A DNA stretch of 64,000 bases from Myxococcota bacterium (GTDB taxonomy: Bacteria > Myxococcota_A > UBA796 > GCA-2862545): positions 1 to 64,000 of the forward strand of contig JBCCQY010000022.1 in assembly GCA_039208735.1 (NCBI GenBank), read 5' to 3'. Position numbers and translations under genes: made by a program. The notes under the pieces are model-generated. The model was given only the letters and a program-made list of their open reading frames with translations. It did no database searches and was not told where the DNA came from. Below, piece by piece: positions 17,586 through 27,216 of this stretch. Within the stretch, counting starts at the first letter, position 1. Each line of letters begins with the position of its first letter.

Positions 17586-18392
17586 ATGCGTTTCGCTTCT
17601 CTCCTCGTTGTTCTTGCCGCCTGCGGCACCCCCGATGGCCTCGGTTTGGAGGTGGATGACGGCACCGCCTTGCGCGGCCAGTTCACTCATGATGGCGTCA
17701 CCGTGTCCTTCGATGTGATGGCCGAAGGCGCCCTCGCCACTGTCGATCTGGCGGTGAACGAAACCACCTACGTCCTGACCATGGACCACGACCAGCGCGA
17801 ACTGACGTCGAATGGCTTTGGCGCCATCTTCGCGCCTACGGAACGTGAAGCCTTCAAGGCCCTCGGACCTGCCCTGATGAACCACCATGGCCCGGCCCGG
17901 GTCGACGAGCTGCCCGCAAGGGCCCTGGAGCGCACCACCAGCTACCTCGCCGCATCGCCTACGGGCTACGCCCATGACCTTCGCCAAATCCAACCCGACC
18001 AACCCACGGGCGACCTTCAACCGGTCGCCCTGGGCGATGACGGCGTCAGCTGCCGTGACAACGACACGGGCCAAGTGGTCCGGGCGTACTGGGACGACAA
18101 CGGAGGGTCGTGGTTTGCCGACCTGACGATGGGTCAGTGCTTGGGCACCTTACCCGCCAACGGGGGCGACTACGACTGCATCGGCCGGTGCGGCCCCGCC
18201 TGCGGGTCGTGGTGGGCGGCGAGCGCATGGACGCAAGACTGCTACGAGCACGACGTCTGCAGCTACTACAACGCGGCTTCAGGCGGCAGCTCCGACCCAA
18301 ATTGCGGAGATGAATTCAACGAGGCCCAGGATGACTGGCTCTGGGGCATCTGGTCGGGGTGCAGCGGCTCCCGAAACCCGCTGGGTTGCTAA
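17586..18392 (+). CDS. Lipoprotein with Cys-rich C-terminal domain
   Basis: Lipobox LAAC, AGGAG RBS, C-terminal domain with about 10 Cys including CIGRCGPAC and DCYEHDVC. Confidence 0.75.
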   Translation: MRFASLLVVLAACGTPDGLGLEVDDGTALRGQFTHDGVTVSFDVMAEGALATVDLAVNETTYVLTMDHDQRELTSNGFGAIFAPTEREAFKALGPALMNHHGPARVDELPARALERTTSYLAASPTGYAHDLRQIQPDQPTGDLQPVALGDDGVSCRDNDTGQVVRAYWDDNGGSWFADLTMGQCLGTLPANGGDYDCIGRCGPACGSWWAASAWTQDCYEHDVCSYYNAASGGSSDPNCGDEFNEAQDDWLWGIWSGCSGSRNPLGC

Positions 18393-18437
18393 GCTCCCTT
18401 CGAACTCGCGCGCCAACGCGCGAGCGTCGGGGGAAAC

Positions 18438-20567
18438 GTGCGAATCGGAGTGATGACGAGCGGTGGAGATGCCCAGGGCATGAACGCTGCGGTCCGCGGA
18501 GTGGTGCGACGCGCACTCGCCGCGGGCCTTGAAGTAGTCGCAGTCTACGAGGGCTATGCGGGTCTCGTGGCAGGCCGGATGGGCCCTTGCACCTCAACCA
18601 CCGTCTCCCGCATCCTCCATCTGGGAGGAACCCACTTTGGCACGGCGCGGTGCCCCGAGTTTCGGACGACGGAAGGACGACGAACGGCCGTCGCCAACCT
18701 CGTGGACGCCGGGATTCATCACCTCGCCATCATCGGCGGCGATGGTTCGCTCACCGGAGCCATGGTGCTTCGGACCGAATGGACGGATCATCTGCAGGCG
18801 CTCGTCGCGGAGGGCCGCCTTACTGCGGAACAGGCCGAGGGCCATCCCTCGCTCGCCATCGTGGGAATGGTCGGCTCGATCGACAACGATCTATGGGGCA
18901 CGGACCGTACGATCGGTTGTGACAGTGCCTTGCATCGCATCGTGCACGCGATCGACACGCTGACCGCCACCGCTCGGAGCCACCAACGCTCCTTCGTCGT
19001 CGAGGTCATGGGTCGACACTGCGGCTTCCTCGCGCTCGCCGCGGCCGTGTGCACCGGCGCAGACCACCTGCTCATTCCCGAGGCTCCGAGCGACGACTGG
19101 AAGCGTGATGTCGTGGCTGCAGTGCGCCGGGGACGAGCCCAAGGCAAGCGCAAGGCCATCGTCATCGTGGCCGAGGGAGCCTGTGACAAGGACGGAGTCG
19201 ACATCGAAGCCGCCGATGTGCGCAAGGTGCTCGAAGCGGAACTCGACGCCGAGACTCGAGTGACCGTGCTCGGCCACGTGCAGCGCGGCGGCGCCCCCTC
19301 CGCCTACGACCGCATCACGTCGTCGATGCTCGGGGCCCGCGGGGCGGAAACGCTGATCGGCATGACCGGAGCGGACGAACCGATGGTCATGACCACCCAA
19401 GGCCTCGCCATCGAACCTCGGCCGCTCGCGGAGTGCCTCCGGCAAACCCAGGCGCTGGCGGCCGCGCTCAAGGAACGGAACTACACCGCAGCCGTCGAAG
19501 CCCGAGGCCCCGAGTTTGGCGAGCTGCTCTCCTTGCACCATCGCCTCACCAAGGCCCCCGACGAAGCTCCACAGGGGCCTCGCATCCTCCTCACCCATGT
19601 GGGGGCTCCGGCCCCGGGGATGAACCCCGCCATCCGAGCCTTCGTCCGTCTCGCGCGCGGCCGAGGCGCGGTGCCCCTGCTCGTGCAAGACGGGCTACGC
19701 GGGCTGGCGACCAACCAGATCCACGAGGCGACTTGGAACGAGGTGAGCGGCATCGCGTCGTTGGGCGCCACGGTGCTGGGCACGCGTCGGGCTCCCGCCG
19801 ATTCTGCGGTGCTTGCCGCCCTCGACGAACACGCGATCCACGGTGCGGTGATCGTGGGCGGGTTTGAGGCCTTGCCCACGGCTGCCGCCATCGCCGCCAC
19901 CGGACGTCCGGTCGCGGTCGTGCCCGCCACCATCTCCAACAACGTGCCGGGGACCGATTCGAGCGTCGGTTGTGACACCGCGCTCAACGTCATCGTCGAC
20001 GCCGTCGACCGGCTCAAGCAATCCGCGGTGGGCTCCCGGGACCGCGTGTTCGTGGTCGAAGTCATGGGCCGTCGCTGCGGCTACCTCGCGGTGGCGGGCG
20101 GGCTGGGGGCCGGCGCTGAGATCGTCTACCAGCATAAACCTGGAATCACCCTGTCCGGCCTCAAGGAGGACGTCACCAAGCTCGCGGAAGCCTACGACCG
20201 CGGGCGGCAGGTGGGCATCGTGCTCATGGCGGACGGCGCCTCCGAGGCGTTCAGCGCGAATACCCTCGCGCGGGTGTTTCAATCGGAATCTGGCGGACGG
20301 TTCGACACGCGCGTCTGCGTGCTGGGTCACCTCCAACAGGGGGACCGGCCATCCCCTGCCGACCGGTTGCTCGCGACCCGCCTGGTCGATCGGGCCGTTC
20401 ACCACGCAGCCGACGGCGAAGGTGCGGTTGTGGTCGGCGTCGAAAGAGGCCTCGTGATCCAGGCTTCGGTGGCCAGCCGCATCGAAGAAGCAGACCTTTC
20501 GCATCGGCGTCGCAAGACCCCCGTGCACAGCGATTGGGATGAGGTCGCAACCCTTCTTCGAGGCTAA
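18438..20567 (+). CDS. pfkA: 6-phosphofructokinase, tandem two-domain (eukaryote-type)
   Basis: N-half: TSGGDAQGMN, GGDGSLTGA, GSIDND, EVMGRHCG, LGHVQRGG. C-half: VGAPAPGMN, PATISNNVPG, EVMGRRCG, LGHLQQG. Confidence 0.92.
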   Translation: MRIGVMTSGGDAQGMNAAVRGVVRRALAAGLEVVAVYEGYAGLVAGRMGPCTSTTVSRILHLGGTHFGTARCPEFRTTEGRRTAVANLVDAGIHHLAIIGGDGSLTGAMVLRTEWTDHLQALVAEGRLTAEQAEGHPSLAIVGMVGSIDNDLWGTDRTIGCDSALHRIVHAIDTLTATARSHQRSFVVEVMGRHCGFLALAAAVCTGADHLLIPEAPSDDWKRDVVAAVRRGRAQGKRKAIVIVAEGACDKDGVDIEAADVRKVLEAELDAETRVTVLGHVQRGGAPSAYDRITSSMLGARGAETLIGMTGADEPMVMTTQGLAIEPRPLAECLRQTQALAAALKERNYTAAVEARGPEFGELLSLHHRLTKAPDEAPQGPRILLTHVGAPAPGMNPAIRAFVRLARGRGAVPLLVQDGLRGLATNQIHEATWNEVSGIASLGATVLGTRRAPADSAVLAALDEHAIHGAVIVGGFEALPTAAAIAATGRPVAVVPATISNNVPGTDSSVGCDTALNVIVDAVDRLKQSAVGSRDRVFVVEVMGRRCGYLAVAGGLGAGAEIVYQHKPGITLSGLKEDVTKLAEAYDRGRQVGIVLMADGASEAFSANTLARVFQSESGGRFDTRVCVLGHLQQGDRPSPADRLLATRLVDRAVHHAADGEGAVVVGVERGLVIQASVASRIEEADLSHRRRKTPVHSDWDEVATLLRG

Positions 20568-21355
20568 GGCACTCGCGTCGATAGCGACCACGCCAGCGCT
20601 TGCAGCACCAACAAGGCCAGAATCACAAGGGCGGCCCGAATCCAAATGCCCCAGGACCGAGGCGGTACTTCGGGCGCCTCGCGCGGCATCGGCAGAGCGC
20701 CGGCGCCAGAGACCTCGGGCCACTGCCACGGTTGGTCAGCCGGTTCGATCCCTTCGGCCACCACCTGCGACAACGTCTCTTCAGACCGGCACCATTGGGT
20801 AAACAGCACGGCGAGGCTCTCGGCGTCCGCCAGTGCCTCGTGGCCCGATGGCGTCAGTCCGTAGAGTTCCTGAAGTCCTGCCAAGCTGTGCGCCCCCTTG
20901 CCCGTTCGTTCAGGGTGAAGGCGACGGGCCACCTTGAGGGTGCACAACATCCGAGCCCCAAATCTGCCCCCGAGCCGTTCGAGTTCGCGACCCAGGTTGG
21001 ACCGTTCAAAGTCGGCCTTATGGGCAATGATCAGGGTGTCCTTGAACCATGGAACGAGCCTTGGCCACAGCGCGGCGAAGGTCGGTGCCCCCTCAAGGTC
21101 CGCCGGCTCGAGTCCATGGACAAAGGTCGTGGTGATGGGCCCTTCAGGGTCAATGAGGCTGCTGATTCGTTCGATTTCGCCTGTGGTTCGGACTCGGACC
21201 GCACCAAACTCGATCACTCGGGTGACCTCGTTGGTTCCCCCCGAGGTCTCGAGATCCACGAACACCACATCCGAACCCAGCGCAGACCACGGAAACACTT
21301 CAGGGTCGATCGAAGGGTCGGTCGGGGCAAGCGGTTCGGCAACGGCTGTCGTCAT
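20564..21355 (-). CDS. DEDDh 3'-5' exonuclease (DnaQ-like) with C-terminal transmembrane helix
   Basis: FVDLETSG, AHKADFE, HEALADA; hydrophobic tail IWIRAALVILALLVLQALAW. Confidence 0.82.
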   Translation of the reverse strand: MTTAVAEPLAPTDPSIDPEVFPWSALGSDVVFVDLETSGGTNEVTRVIEFGAVRVRTTGEIERISSLIDPEGPITTTFVHGLEPADLEGAPTFAALWPRLVPWFKDTLIIAHKADFERSNLGRELERLGGRFGARMLCTLKVARRLHPERTGKGAHSLAGLQELYGLTPSGHEALADAESLAVLFTQWCRSEETLSQVVAEGIEPADQPWQWPEVSGAGALPMPREAPEVPPRSWGIWIRAALVILALLVLQALAWSLSTRVP

Positions 21356-21385
21356 GGGCAGTGTGACCTCGCGGACGCAGCATAC

Positions 21386-21844
21386 CTACTCCAGCATTCG
21401 CAAATACGCGGCGCGCTGTACGGGGAAGCGTAGGGCCTCATCCGGCAGGGCCCGGATCGCCGCTGCGTCGAAGAACTTCGCGTCGCGCGTCTCCTCTCCG
21501 TCCGGACGAGGCTTCGGATCGCCCACGACCTTGCACCGGTGAGCCACGAACTGCGTGCGAACCGCTGCACACGCAGGGGCTCCGGCACTGACGACCACTC
21601 CGGCTTCTTCCATGGTCTCCCGCATTGCCGCCGCCGAGCTGCTCTCGCCCGGATCGACGTAGCCCCCGGGGATGGACCAACGGCCATCGGAGGCCTGCAC
21701 CATCAACAACTTCTTGTCGAGCACGGTGAGGCATCCCGCCGCTCGCGGATTGGAGACCTGCGTGCCGGGGGCGTCGCACGACGTCGACGACGAAGACCCA
21801 CACGCCAACAACGCAATCCATGCCAATGGCAACCAACCGTACAT
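21386..21844 (-). CDS. NUDIX hydrolase, predicted lipoprotein
   Basis: Nudix box GGYVDPGESSSAAAMRETMEEAG; lipobox LLAC after ATG 21844 (RBS GGAGGG). Confidence 0.82.
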   Translation of the reverse strand: MYGWLPLAWIALLACGSSSSTSCDAPGTQVSNPRAAGCLTVLDKKLLMVQASDGRWSIPGGYVDPGESSSAAAMRETMEEAGVVVSAGAPACAAVRTQFVAHRCKVVGDPKPRPDGEETRDAKFFDAAAIRALPDEALRFPVQRAAYLRMLE

Positions 21845-21925
21845 CGTTCCCTCCCGCGCCGTTCTATCGACCTCGAAGCGCGACCACGCGTTCGGCGTGG
21901 TAGCGTCGCTCATTGCGGAGGACTC

Positions 21926-22567
21926 ATGACGTTGGTCGCTTGTCTATTTGGACTCTGGCTCGGGTTCGCGGACGCAGAAGCCGGTAAGTACCAGTGGGAA
22001 GAGATCTACACCTCGAAGGAAGTCGTCGTCTCAAAGGCGGAAATCGAGGGCAGTAAGTTCGTCGCGTTCAAGGGCGAAGTGATCTACGAGGCGCCGATCG
22101 GAAAGGTGCTAGGCGTCATCTTGGACAATGACCATCGCCTCGAATGGGTGGGGCGACTTCAAGTCAACCGCGTGCTCGAACAAACCACCCCCTTCGACTA
22201 CGTCGTCTACCAAGCCTTCGGGTTGCCCCCGTTGTTCAGCGACCGGGACTACGTGTACCGGGGGGTGGCAACCCAGCGTGCCAATGGCATCGTTGAGTTG
22301 GCCATGTCCTCGGTCGAGCACACCAAGGCGCCTGAAACGGTGGGCGTTCGTGCCGATCTCGTGGACAGTCGCTACGAACTTGAGGCCCTCGGCCCCAACC
22401 AGACCCGTTGCGCAGTCGAAATTGTCACGGATCCCCGGGGATCCATGCCGGCTTGGATCGTAAATCTCATCCAACGCACCTGGCCTCGCGACACGCTCGT
22501 GGGCATCCGCGAACAACTGCCGAAGGCCTGGGTCACGGCGCACCCTCTGCCTCCGGTGAGTCCCTGA
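21926..22567 (+). CDS. Secreted START-domain lipid-binding protein
   Basis: Signal peptide, PPLFSDRDYV, DPRGSMPAWIVN; GGAGG RBS. Confidence 0.8.
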   Translation: MTLVACLFGLWLGFADAEAGKYQWEEIYTSKEVVVSKAEIEGSKFVAFKGEVIYEAPIGKVLGVILDNDHRLEWVGRLQVNRVLEQTTPFDYVVYQAFGLPPLFSDRDYVYRGVATQRANGIVELAMSSVEHTKAPETVGVRADLVDSRYELEALGPNQTRCAVEIVTDPRGSMPAWIVNLIQRTWPRDTLVGIREQLPKAWVTAHPLPPVSP

Positions 22568-23141
22568 GCACCTCGGCGCTCAGGACCGCCCCCGTGACGT
22601 CATCGAGGATGCGGCTGCGGGCGAAGTCCGCCAAGAGTCTGCGATGGGCATCGGGCTGCAGGAGAATTTCGGTCACCAGTCGTACGTCTTCTCGGCCGAC
22701 GATCAGGCGGAGCGGGCCCGCCGGGACATTGTTGAACTTCGCAATGCCCCCGGCCAGTTCGATGCGATGCTCCGCAACTTCGACCTCGCAGTGGGCCGGA
22801 ATGCAGCGCACGTCGATGGCTCCAGTTTCCGCCTCCAGCCGAACCAATCGGGTCGACACCTCGACACGGGCCGACACCTGCGGAGCAAGGGTTTCGACCA
22901 CGACTTCTTTGACCGCCCGATGCGTCCGAAAGCGTACGATCTCGGCGCGGTCGCGAAAGCCTCGTTTGCGAAAGGTGACCACGTGGGACCCTGTGGCCAA
23001 TTCGGTCAAGTACAAGCCATCCTGCTCGGCTTGGCTGACGCCACGAAACTCACCGTCCACGTAAATCCGGATGCCCGGGTCGCAGGTGATTTGAAGGTCA
23101 GCCCCCTGCGACACGGCCGCAATCCAAACCGCCAGCACCAT
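22533..23141 (-). CDS. Secreted PEGA-domain-like protein
   Basis: Signal peptide; PGIRIYVDGEFRG...L.TGSHVVTFRKRGF pattern, plus a second degenerate repeat. Confidence 0.6.
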   Translation of the reverse strand: MVLAVWIAAVSQGADLQITCDPGIRIYVDGEFRGVSQAEQDGLYLTELATGSHVVTFRKRGFRDRAEIVRFRTHRAVKEVVVETLAPQVSARVEVSTRLVRLEAETGAIDVRCIPAHCEVEVAEHRIELAGGIAKFNNVPAGPLRLIVGREDVRLVTEILLQPDAHRRLLADFARSRILDDVTGAVLSAEVLRDSPEAEGAP

Positions 23142-23171
23142 GAGCCCCCCTTGGCTGGGTGCCTGGTAACG

Positions 23172-23651
23172 CTACTCGCCTGCTTCCGGCCGGTCGATGA
23201 GCGCCTCGATGGCCTTTTCGACGTCGGCCAGTGCGGCCTGGGTGACCGCCAAGTCGTCGGTGACCTGAATGTCGATGCCCGCGACACGAGCCGCGAGTTC
23301 TGCGTCGCCTCCTGCCTCGAGATGGCGAGACGCGGCTTCGCTACGCGACCGCGCCGTGCCGAAATTGCCCTGAGTCAGTTCGGCGCGCGCCCCGGCCACG
23401 TCGAGGAATGCGTGCAACCGGCTGTTGTTGGTGCGGGCGACATCGCGCTCGGCGGCCACCTCGGCCACGCGTTCGTCGCACACCGAGTCGGACCGTTCGA
23501 GTTCAGTTTCGAGCTGCCCCACCTTGGTAGATTGGCCATACCAGACGTAGCCTGCCGCAATTGCGGCAACGACCAGCGCAATGCCGGTGGTGACAAAGAA
23601 CTGGCGAACACGGTCTGCAACGCTGCGAGACGGAGGATTGGGCTCGGCCAT
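23172..23651 (-). CDS. Hypothetical membrane-anchored helical protein
   Basis: One N-terminal TM helix followed by coiled-coil-like sequence; AGGAG RBS. Confidence 0.65.
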   Translation of the reverse strand: MAEPNPPSRSVADRVRQFFVTTGIALVVAAIAAGYVWYGQSTKVGQLETELERSDSVCDERVAEVAAERDVARTNNSRLHAFLDVAGARAELTQGNFGTARSRSEAASRHLEAGGDAELAARVAGIDIQVTDDLAVTQAALADVEKAIEALIDRPEAGE

Positions 23652-23840
23652 GGCAAATGCTCCTAAAGGATCGCTGTCCGGTTGCCGCACACTACGATCC
23701 GGCCTCGTCCTTATTCCGCCATCTCAGTTTGTCGCGGGGGACGACAGTGTATCACCCGCAGAATCTGCAGTAGACACCTCGGACAAGCGCCATCTACCGT
23801 CGGAAGGTTCGCCAACGCGTGAACTGGAGGAACACAACCC

Positions 23841-24371
23841 ATGCGATGGACCTTGATGCTTGGTCTGGCGGCTCTGCCCGGCCTGATGGCGTGCACCGGA
23901 GATGACAAGTCGGACTCCGCTTCCGACCCCGATGCCGATGCTGACACGGATGCCGATTCAGACAGCGATTCCGATGCAGATTCCGACTCCGACACGGATG
24001 CGGATTCCGACGCCGACACGGATGCGGATTCCGACGCCGATACGGATGCGGATTCCGACGCCGACACGGATAGTGACACCGACGCCGATACCGATACCGA
24101 CCCGCAAACCTGCGCCCAGACCGCACCTGCGAACTGCATGGGCCCAGACTGCGTGTTGATCGAATCGTTCGGTGCAGGCACCGACGGGAATGGCGACCTC
24201 TGTGTGGACTACACGCAGGCCAACATTCCGCAGGGATGTCAGGATGCCAAAACCGCGTGCGGCGACGCCATCACGGGCGGTTCTCCCCCAGGGAGCACCG
24301 ACTGCTACGCGTTCCCCGACACGTGCATTCCCGCCGGCTGGACGAAGTGCAACTACAGCATCTGTCCGTAA
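23841..24371 (+). CDS. Lipoprotein with Asp-Ala-Asp-Ser/Thr repeat stalk and Cys-rich tip
   Basis: Lipobox LMAC, about 60 aa D-X repeat, C-terminal domain with 10 Cys; GGAGG RBS. Confidence 0.8.
   Translation: MRWTLMLGLAALPGLMACTGDDKSDSASDPDADADTDADSDSDSDADSDSDTDADSDADTDADSDADTDADSDADTDSDTDADTDTDPQTCAQTAPANCMGPDCVLIESFGAGTDGNGDLCVDYTQANIPQGCQDAKTACGDAITGGSPPGSTDCYAFPDTCIPAGWTKCNYSICP
23991..24071 (+). repeat. 24-bp coding tandem repeat (DTDADSDA)
   Basis: GACACGGATGCGGATTCCGACGCC at 23991, 24015 and 24039 (one mismatch), plus a partial copy, inside a longer degenerate tract (~23914-24101). Confidence 0.85.
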
Positions 24372-24451
24372 GGTCGCCGGGCATCGACGCGAGGCGGCTC
24401 TCGCGCTGAAGCCACGCCCTCTGCGGTCCGAGAAGAGGACAGGAGGGCAGC

Positions 24452-25204
24452 ATGTCGGGTCCGATGACACAGCGTGCTGCGGCCAGCCAGGCCAAGCAGT
24501 TCGTGCACGACAGCATCGATCGCCTTGGGCTTCCATCGGACGTGGTGCTGTCGGTTCTGTCGGCGACCGAGGAGGGTTCAGGAGGTCGTGACCTGGCCTC
24601 CCTTGTCGAGCAAGACCCCGTGCTGGCGGGTCGCATCTTGAGAATGGCACGGTCCCCATTCTTTTCGGGCACAAGACCCGTGACCACCGTCCTCGAAGCC
24701 GTCAATCGACTTGGGGCCAGACCCATCCGAAACCTGGTGATCGCAAGCGAGCTTCGGGACCGATCCTCCGAGGCTCCCGACTACTACGCTCCGGGCGGCT
24801 TCATGACCCATTCCCTGACGTCGGGCACCTTGTGCCGGGCGGTCGCCGCCGAGAGCCGCCAGTTCGAACGCGACCTTGCCTACCTGGCCGGCCTAATGCA
24901 CGACGTGGGGGAACTCTGTCCCGTGGACGGCCTCGATCACACCGTGGTGGGCGCGATGATTTCGGCGCGATGGCGGCTGCCCGACGCCATTCGTGACGCG
25001 ATCGCGCTTCACCACGAATCCAATGTCGAAAGCGGCACGCTCGCGGGTCTCGTATGCGCCTGTGACTTTGTTTGTCGGGCCTCGGGCGTGGGGCTCCGGG
25101 AGCCCATGGCGGTCCCGACGCCTCCTGCGACGCTTCGGGTGTGGGTCGACTCCTGCAAGACCCATCTCGAAGAAGCCATGGAGACTGCGCGTGCCATTGG
25201 TTGA
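24452..25204 (+). CDS. HDOD-domain protein
   Basis: DPVLAGRILRMARSPFF, AVNRLG, AYLAGLMHDVG, WRLP...AIALHH. Confidence 0.85.
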   Translation: MSGPMTQRAAASQAKQFVHDSIDRLGLPSDVVLSVLSATEEGSGGRDLASLVEQDPVLAGRILRMARSPFFSGTRPVTTVLEAVNRLGARPIRNLVIASELRDRSSEAPDYYAPGGFMTHSLTSGTLCRAVAAESRQFERDLAYLAGLMHDVGELCPVDGLDHTVVGAMISARWRLPDAIRDAIALHHESNVESGTLAGLVCACDFVCRASGVGLREPMAVPTPPATLRVWVDSCKTHLEEAMETARAIG

Positions 25205-26693
25205 TGTCCCTGACGTGGACTGGGTCGATGCGCTCGCCCAGGCCACCTCGACGGACGAACTCCAGGCCGCCACCCGGCGGACCCTGCAGCAACTCCTGGG
25301 TGGGCCATTTCGCGTCAGCGTAGGTCTGCACTCTTGGATCGAACATGAGGCGTCCAAACTCGGCCCCCAGTCACATACGTTCGACATCAAGCGTGAACAA
25401 GCCTGCCTCGTCACCGCGAACGAACCTCCGTTAACCGCCCGGTTTACGGTCAATCTTGCCGTGGCGCTGCTGGGATTGCTCGAGTCGAACGAATGCCTTG
25501 AACACGGTATGCAAGTCGCACGGTGTCAGCTCCATGCCGCTGAACGCACCCAAAGCTTCCTGTCCGAGGTTGATGAGGACCGACTTTTGGTCGGGATTCT
25601 CAACACCGGTATGGACCTGCTCGCCGCCCAGCTTGGGGTCCTGGCGTCCCAAGACAAAGACGGGTGGTCGGTGCGAATGAGCTTTGGTCTGCCCCTCGAG
25701 GCCATTCCCTGTCATCTGCTCGATCAGGCCATCGTGGCCCACGAGCCCATGTTCAAGCGCATCGTGGTGAGGGAAGACTTCGAAACCGACATCCTCATCG
25801 TGCCCATCACCGCCCGCGACGAGGCCATCTGCTTTGTCGTGACGGACTACGAGGCAGACGAGGCCTCGGCCACGGCCATGTCGACCGTGTTGAGCGGCCT
25901 GGCTGCCATCGCACTGTCCAATGCGTCGCTGGTCGCCGAGGCTCTCGATCGTCAGGCGTTGAAGGCGGAACTCTCCGTCGCCGCCACGACCCAGCAAGGC
26001 CTCCTTCCGGATGCCCCACCGACCATCGCAGGTCTGATGATCAGCAGTCACTGCGAGCCATCGGGGGATTGTGGGGGCGACTACTTCGACTTCTTTGAAC
26101 TCGACGATGGCAGCTTCATGTTCTGTGTGGCCGACGTCTCGGGACACGGAGTGGGCCCTGCCCTGCTCATGGCCACCTTGCGGGGCTACCTTCGGTGTCT
26201 GTTGCGGTGGGTCGCGGACGTCGGCGAGATCGCAGCCCTGCTGAACGAAATGCTCGCCGATGACCTCAGTCCGAATCAATTCATCACTTGCTTTCTGGGC
26301 CACATCGACGCCAATGCGACCACGCTGCAGTTCTGCAGCGCGGGCCACGAGACCGGGTTGCTCGTGATGGACGGCGAACTGTTTGAACTGGCCGCAGATG
26401 CGCCCCCCCTTGGCGTCATGGTGGGCATGAACCCTGGGGTACAGGAAATCGATCTGCGCCCTGGCGCGTTCATGGCCGTCGTGACGGACGGACTTGCAGA
26501 GTCCGAAGACGCCGATGGGACACCCTACAGTCGCAGCCGATTGGCCGACAAAGTCAAAGAGGTCTCCCATTGGGAAAGTGTGGATGACGCCTTGGCCAAC
26601 ATCCTCGCCGATGTCACCCAACACCGGGGTCGGGCCCCTAAGGTCGACGACGAGACGATCGTGATCGTCCGTGCCACGGAGCGTGCATCGTGA
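25191..26693 (+). CDS. PP2C/SpoIIE (RsbU-like) phosphatase with GAF-like sensor region
   Basis: GGDYFD, VADVSGHGVGPAL, SAGH, TDGL, DDET; GTG 25191 with GGAG RBS. Confidence 0.87.
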   Translation: MPLVDVPDVDWVDALAQATSTDELQAATRRTLQQLLGGPFRVSVGLHSWIEHEASKLGPQSHTFDIKREQACLVTANEPPLTARFTVNLAVALLGLLESNECLEHGMQVARCQLHAAERTQSFLSEVDEDRLLVGILNTGMDLLAAQLGVLASQDKDGWSVRMSFGLPLEAIPCHLLDQAIVAHEPMFKRIVVREDFETDILIVPITARDEAICFVVTDYEADEASATAMSTVLSGLAAIALSNASLVAEALDRQALKAELSVAATTQQGLLPDAPPTIAGLMISSHCEPSGDCGGDYFDFFELDDGSFMFCVADVSGHGVGPALLMATLRGYLRCLLRWVADVGEIAALLNEMLADDLSPNQFITCFLGHIDANATTLQFCSAGHETGLLVMDGELFELAADAPPLGVMVGMNPGVQEIDLRPGAFMAVVTDGLAESEDADGTPYSRSRLADKVKEVSHWESVDDALANILADVTQHRGRAPKVDDETIVIVRATERAS

Positions 26694-27166
26694 GCATCAA
26701 AAAACGAAGCGCAGCCCGTATCGAACTCGACGAACTCATCGGTTTTTCGATCGACGGGGGACCTCGGGTGGTCGCGAGATGCCTCGATCTCACCACGGGC
26801 GGCATGTTCATCGCGTCGACCGCGTCCCCCGCCTACGGCGCGACCATCATCATCGACATCGACCTTCCGGGACTCACCCTGCCGAGCATTGAGGCCGTGG
26901 TGCGATGGTCCCGCCAGGGCGGGTTCGGCGTTCAGTTTGGCAAGCTTTCGCCTGACGACACCAAAGCGATTGCCGCGTTCCTCGCATCGTACGGCCCCGC
27001 CCCCAAGCAGCAGGTCCGAGCGGCCAATCCCGTTCGCACCCTGGTCGCGAACTTGGGCCCGGCAACGTTTGTCGCCAAGCTCAAGGAGCTGGTTGGCGAC
27101 GGCGCGTTCGACGAAGCCAAGCTGTGTGAGGCGTTAAGCCAAGCGACCAAAGCCACCACAGCCTAA
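26690..27166 (+). CDS. PilZ-domain protein
   Basis: RSAAR (RxxxR), DLTTGG (D/NxSxxG-like), AVVRW, GFGVQF. Confidence 0.8.
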   Translation: MSIKKRSAARIELDELIGFSIDGGPRVVARCLDLTTGGMFIASTASPAYGATIIIDIDLPGLTLPSIEAVVRWSRQGGFGVQFGKLSPDDTKAIAAFLASYGPAPKQQVRAANPVRTLVANLGPATFVAKLKELVGDGAFDEAKLCEALSQATKATTA

Positions 27167-27216
27167 ACCTGTGGCGGTCAGCGATGACCGTACGACTTCA
27201 CGTCGGTCCTCCTGCA

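Noticed and set aside
23914..24101. Possible CRISPR or non-coding repeat array
   Set aside because: Head-to-tail in-frame coding repeats without unique spacers.
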